Source: Vicinamibacterales bacterium (GTDB taxonomy: Bacteria > Acidobacteriota > Vicinamibacteria > Vicinamibacterales > UBA8438). From it: a DNA stretch of 64,000 nt. The DNA lies in assembly GCA_965242835.1 (NCBI GenBank), contig OZ251506.1, positions 2,842,130 to 2,906,129 of the forward strand, read 5' to 3'. Below, piece after piece: positions 60,946-64,000 of the stretch (positions within the stretch are counted from its first letter, which is position 1; each line of letters begins with the position of its first letter). The notes under the pieces were generated by a model that worked only from the letters and a program-made list of their open reading frames with translations, made no database searches and was not told the origin of the DNA. The position numbers were made by a program, and so were the translations under genes.

Positions 60946-61022
60946 GCGGGCAGTGTACCGTCGACCGCTCGTCCCTGAACCGTGGGTCGTCCCTGCTTCG
61001 CCGCTCTCCGGAGGAAATCGTC

Positions 61023-63506
61023 ATGGGGGTTCTCGACGTCGAATACGGCGCCGGCCATGCGCGGCTCGAAGAACTGCTGCGCTCCATCGACCGGCCGGGC
61101 GACTTCTGCGCCCACGGCAGGCTGTTCGCGCCCATGCCGCGGCTGGAGGTCGAGGGCGCCGGCATGGTGTCCTTTCCGGTGCCCGAGGCGCAGGTGCGCG
61201 CCCTGATCGAGGCGGCCGAGCGGGCGCCCTACGGCAAGGGGCCGGAGACCCTGGTGGACGCCTCGGTCCGCGACTGCTGGCAGATCGACGCGGAGCGGGT
61301 GCGGCTGGGAGGGGGCGCGTGGCCGGAGACGTTCGCGCGCATCCTCGACACCGCCGCGGCGGGTCTCGGCTGCCCGGGCGAGCGGCTCGACGCCAGGCTC
61401 TACAAGCTGCTCGTCTACGAGCCGGGCGGGTTCTTCCTGCCGCACCGCGACACCGAGAAGGCCGACGGCATGATCGCGACCCTCTCTGTCTCGCTGCCGG
61501 CCGCGGGCGCCGGCGGCGAGCTGCTCGTCCGCCACAAGGACCGCGAGGTCACCGTCGACATGCGCGCGGAGGAGCCTTCCGAACTGGCGTTCGCGGCCTT
61601 CTACGCCGACTGCGCGCACGAGATCCGGCCCGTGCTCGAGGGCCATCGCCTCTCGCTGGTCTTCAACCTGTGCCTGCGCCCCGGAGACCGGGACACGCCG
61701 CGCGAGGCGCCCGACTACAGCCGGCAGATCGCCGAGGTCGCGCGGCGCCTCGCCGCGTGGAGCCGCGAGGAAGGCGCGGCCGACAAGCTGGTCTGGCTGC
61801 TCGACCACGAGTACAGCGAATCGGGGTTGTCCTTCGCCGCGCTGAAGAACTCCGACGCGGCCGTGGCGCAGGTCCTGACGCCGGCGGCGGAGCGCGCCGG
61901 GTGCGAACTGTACGCGGCCGTCGTCCACGTCGAGGAGTCCGGCGAGGCGACGTTCCACGGCGACGACGTCGGCGGGTACGGAGGAGACTGGGACGAGGGC
62001 GACGTCGCGGACGTGGACGTCGAAGAGGTGTACGACGACGAGCGCTGGCTCGACGGCTGGGCGGGTCGGGACGGCGGCCGGCCGCCGTTCGCGGAAATCC
62101 CTCTGGAGCCCGGCGAGCTGCTGCCCGCGGGCGCGCTCGACGGCGCCAGGCCGGACAGTCAACGGCTGCACGAAGCCTCGGGCAACGAGGGAGCGACCCT
62201 GCACCGCGCCTACCGCCGCGCCGCCATCGTGATCTGGCCGCGGGCGAAGGCCCTGGACATCGTCGCCAGCGCCGGGATCGAGGGCGCCGTCGCCTGGGTG
62301 GCGGAGACGCTCGACCGCAACGGCGGGGTGGTGGACGACAGGATCGGGGGTCTCGTCTCGCGGCTGATCGGCCTCTGGGCCTCCACCCTGAAAGGCCGCG
62401 GCAAGAGAGCCCGCATCGGGACGTTCGACCCGCGCGGCGACGCGGACGGCCGCGCGCCGTCGAGCACGAGCGGCAACGAAGCCCGCGTCGGGATGCTCGA
62501 CCTGCTGTGCAGGATCGGGGACGAGGCCCGCCTCGGGCGTTTCCTGCGCGAAGTGGTCCTGCCGAGCTACGGCGGCGGCGAGAACGAAGCCTTGTCGGTG
62601 GCGCTAGCCGTGGCCGGGCCGAAGGCCGCCGGGCGTTTCCTGCCGGCTCTGGTCGAAGCGCACTTCGCACGGAACCCCGGGGACACGCTCGCGCTCCTGC
62701 GCTGTCTCGGCGAGGCGCACGGCGACCCCGCGAGCCCCGACGCCTCCTGGGACGGCGCGCTCCGGAAAGGCGTGCGCGCGGCCCTCGCCGCCCTGCCCGG
62801 CGCGCTGGCGGGCCGCGCGAAGGGCCGCGTTCCGAAGCCGGATTCGGAATGGAGGTTCAACCGGGGCTCCGTTCGGGGCCACGCCGTCGGGGACGCGGAG
62901 GTGCGCGACCTCTTCGCACTGGCCTGGCGTTGGAGATTGACGAAGGAGGCCGCAACGGCGGCCGACGCCGTCGTCGGCCACCCGCGGGCCGTCACGCCGG
63001 ACCGCGCCCTGCCCGCGGCGCTGCGGGCGCTGCACGCGGAAACGGGCCTGGCGGACGCCGCCCCCTTCGCGCTGCTGTGGCGCCATGCCGCGGACTTCCT
63101 GCTGGCGCGCAGCGCGACGCCCCCCGAGGCGCCGAAGAACTGGAAGATCGCCGCCCCCGTCAGGTGCCGTTGCGAGCACTGCGCGAAGCTGCGGGCCTTC
63201 TGCAAGGACCCCGTGGCGGAGACGGCGCGCTTCCCGTTGCGCAAGGAGTTGCGCGCCCACCTGCACCAGATCATCGATCGCCACCGGCTCGACCTCGAGC
63301 ACGTGACCGAACGCCGGGGCAGCCCCTACACCCTCGTGTGCACCAAGACCCGCGCGAGCCACGAGCGGCGGCTGGCCGAGTACGCCGGGGACGTATCGAA
63401 CATGCGCGCGCTGGCCGATTCCGCGCCGGGCGGGAAGCAGGCGGAACGGTGCGTGGCCGATCTCGGACGGCTTCGCGGGGCGATCGCGGCGGCCGGGAGA
63501 GGCTGA
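61023..63506 (+). CDS. Large (827 aa) protein with N-terminal 2OG-Fe(II) oxygenase (prolyl-4-hydroxylase-like) domain, helical middle and Cys/His-rich C-terminal module
   Basis: GGAGGA SD. YKLLVYEPGGFFLPHRDTEK (HxD), GGELLV, FYADCAHEIRPVLEGHRLSLVFNL (distal His, Arg). C-terminus: VRCRCEHCAKLRAFCKD...GSPYTLVCTKT. Confidence 0.75.
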   Translation: MGVLDVEYGAGHARLEELLRSIDRPGDFCAHGRLFAPMPRLEVEGAGMVSFPVPEAQVRALIEAAERAPYGKGPETLVDASVRDCWQIDAERVRLGGGAWPETFARILDTAAAGLGCPGERLDARLYKLLVYEPGGFFLPHRDTEKADGMIATLSVSLPAAGAGGELLVRHKDREVTVDMRAEEPSELAFAAFYADCAHEIRPVLEGHRLSLVFNLCLRPGDRDTPREAPDYSRQIAEVARRLAAWSREEGAADKLVWLLDHEYSESGLSFAALKNSDAAVAQVLTPAAERAGCELYAAVVHVEESGEATFHGDDVGGYGGDWDEGDVADVDVEEVYDDERWLDGWAGRDGGRPPFAEIPLEPGELLPAGALDGARPDSQRLHEASGNEGATLHRAYRRAAIVIWPRAKALDIVASAGIEGAVAWVAETLDRNGGVVDDRIGGLVSRLIGLWASTLKGRGKRARIGTFDPRGDADGRAPSSTSGNEARVGMLDLLCRIGDEARLGRFLREVVLPSYGGGENEALSVALAVAGPKAAGRFLPALVEAHFARNPGDTLALLRCLGEAHGDPASPDASWDGALRKGVRAALAALPGALAGRAKGRVPKPDSEWRFNRGSVRGHAVGDAEVRDLFALAWRWRLTKEAATAADAVVGHPRAVTPDRALPAALRALHAETGLADAAPFALLWRHAADFLLARSATPPEAPKNWKIAAPVRCRCEHCAKLRAFCKDPVAETARFPLRKELRAHLHQIIDRHRLDLEHVTERRGSPYTLVCTKTRASHERRLAEYAGDVSNMRALADSAPGGKQAERCVADLGRLRGAIAAAGRG

Positions 63507-63527
63507 CCGCCGGGAGAGGCCGACCAT

Positions 63528-63590
63528 TTCGACCTTGCCGATGCCCCGTGACGCCCCGTTTCGCGGGCTTCGCGGGCAGCAGTCGGCGGA
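63528..63590 (-). pseudogene. About 60-bp relic of a third copy of the AAA+ ATPase gene (internal segment), carrying a 9-bp tandem duplication
   Basis: ttcgaccttgccgatgccccgtgacgccccgtttcgcgggc/ttcgcgggc/agcagtcggcgga aligns with 60598-60650 of ATPase 2 (codons ...LRRLLPAKWGVTGSGKVE...). Confidence 0.5.
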
Positions 63591-63608
63591 TATGACCTCG
63601 TCCGGGCG

Positions 63609-64000
63609 CTACTCCGACGTCGGAGGCGAGAGATCGACGGCCCAATTCCTGAGTTGCGCGTCGAGCTCCGGCCGATCGAGCAGCGTGAGCAATTCCTCCT
63701 GACGGGGTTGTCCGAGGACCACGCGGTAGGCGGCGAGTTGGCGCTTGAGGCGCTCGAAGGCCTCGACCTCGGCCGTGTACGGCAGTTGGAGCACGTGGCG
63801 CTCCACCCGATGCCTGCCCGGCGCGATCCAGTGCGGCTCCAGGTCGGGGCGGAGCTCGGCGCGCGCGGCCTGATCGGCCCGCTCGAAGATCAGCGTCCAG
63901 AGGTCGTCGCCCGCCCGCCAGGACCGCAGCGCATCGTCGGCGTGGGCTTCGGCGACGTTGCGGCGCACGGCATGGCCCTTGTAGCGGTGCACGCGGCCCT
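63609..64000 (-). CDS. Hypothetical protein, C-terminal part (the frame is still open at the window end)
   Basis: ORF 63609..63992, with no stop upstream to position 64000. ...LWTLIFERADQAARAELRPDLEPHWIAPGRHRVERHVLQLPYTAEVEAFERLKRQLAAYRVVLG. No family recognised. Confidence 0.4.
   Translation of the reverse strand, partial: GRVHRYKGHAVRRNVAEAHADDALRSWRAGDDLWTLIFERADQAARAELRPDLEPHWIAPGRHRVERHVLQLPYTAEVEAFERLKRQLAAYRVVLGQPRQEELLTLLDRPELDAQLRNWAVDLSPPTSE

Overview
Very GC-rich (by eye about 70 percent) bacterial chromosomal window with about 55 credible protein genes. I saw no rRNA, tRNA, CRISPR array, transposase or integrase. Most long ORFs in the six-frame track are antisense or off-frame artefacts of the GC content (Arg/Pro/Gly/Ala-rich, no motifs). 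I kept only frames with recognisable family motifs or plausible composition.

Core content: FKBP and cyclophilin PPIases, three PQQ-type beta-propeller proteins (two are PQQ-dependent dehydrogenases), glycosyltransferase, serine hydrolase, cyclase, epoxide hydrolase, hyi-garR, acyl-CoA ligase plus SDR, MFS, TauE, NUDIX, aroC, an ABC ATPase/permease pair, and a TonB-receptor / membrane-anchored CobN-like / ExbB locus.

Accessory patches:
- 8.8-12.4 kb: an adhesin-like repeat protein behind an 18-nt poly-C tract, and an Arch_ATPase/DUF234 ATPase behind a 4 x 15-bp TTGAC array.
- 17.7-19.7 kb and 58.6-63.6 kb: two paralogous AAA+ ATPases, each followed by a different PD-(D/E)XK-fold nuclease gene. 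The second is also divergently paired with an 827-aa 2OG-Fe(II)-oxygenase protein and lies near a relic of a third ATPase copy. This is my best candidate for an undescribed (defence-like) system.
- 42-48.5 kb: a decayed DISARM-like helicase pair whose middle has been replaced by a Panacea-domain gene with a small membrane-protein partner, a HigB / HigA-ImmA fusion, and a truncated dCTP-deaminase-like gene.

The window is unusually rich in lesions and local duplications: two 5-bp tandem-duplication frameshifts, three C5/G5-run frameshifts, two sharp gene-gene truncation junctions, a 115-bp direct repeat around a patchwork insert, and several duplications of about 70-bp period at gene starts or ends.

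All homology calls come from remembered family motifs, not searches. Junction coordinates are accurate to a few bp at best.
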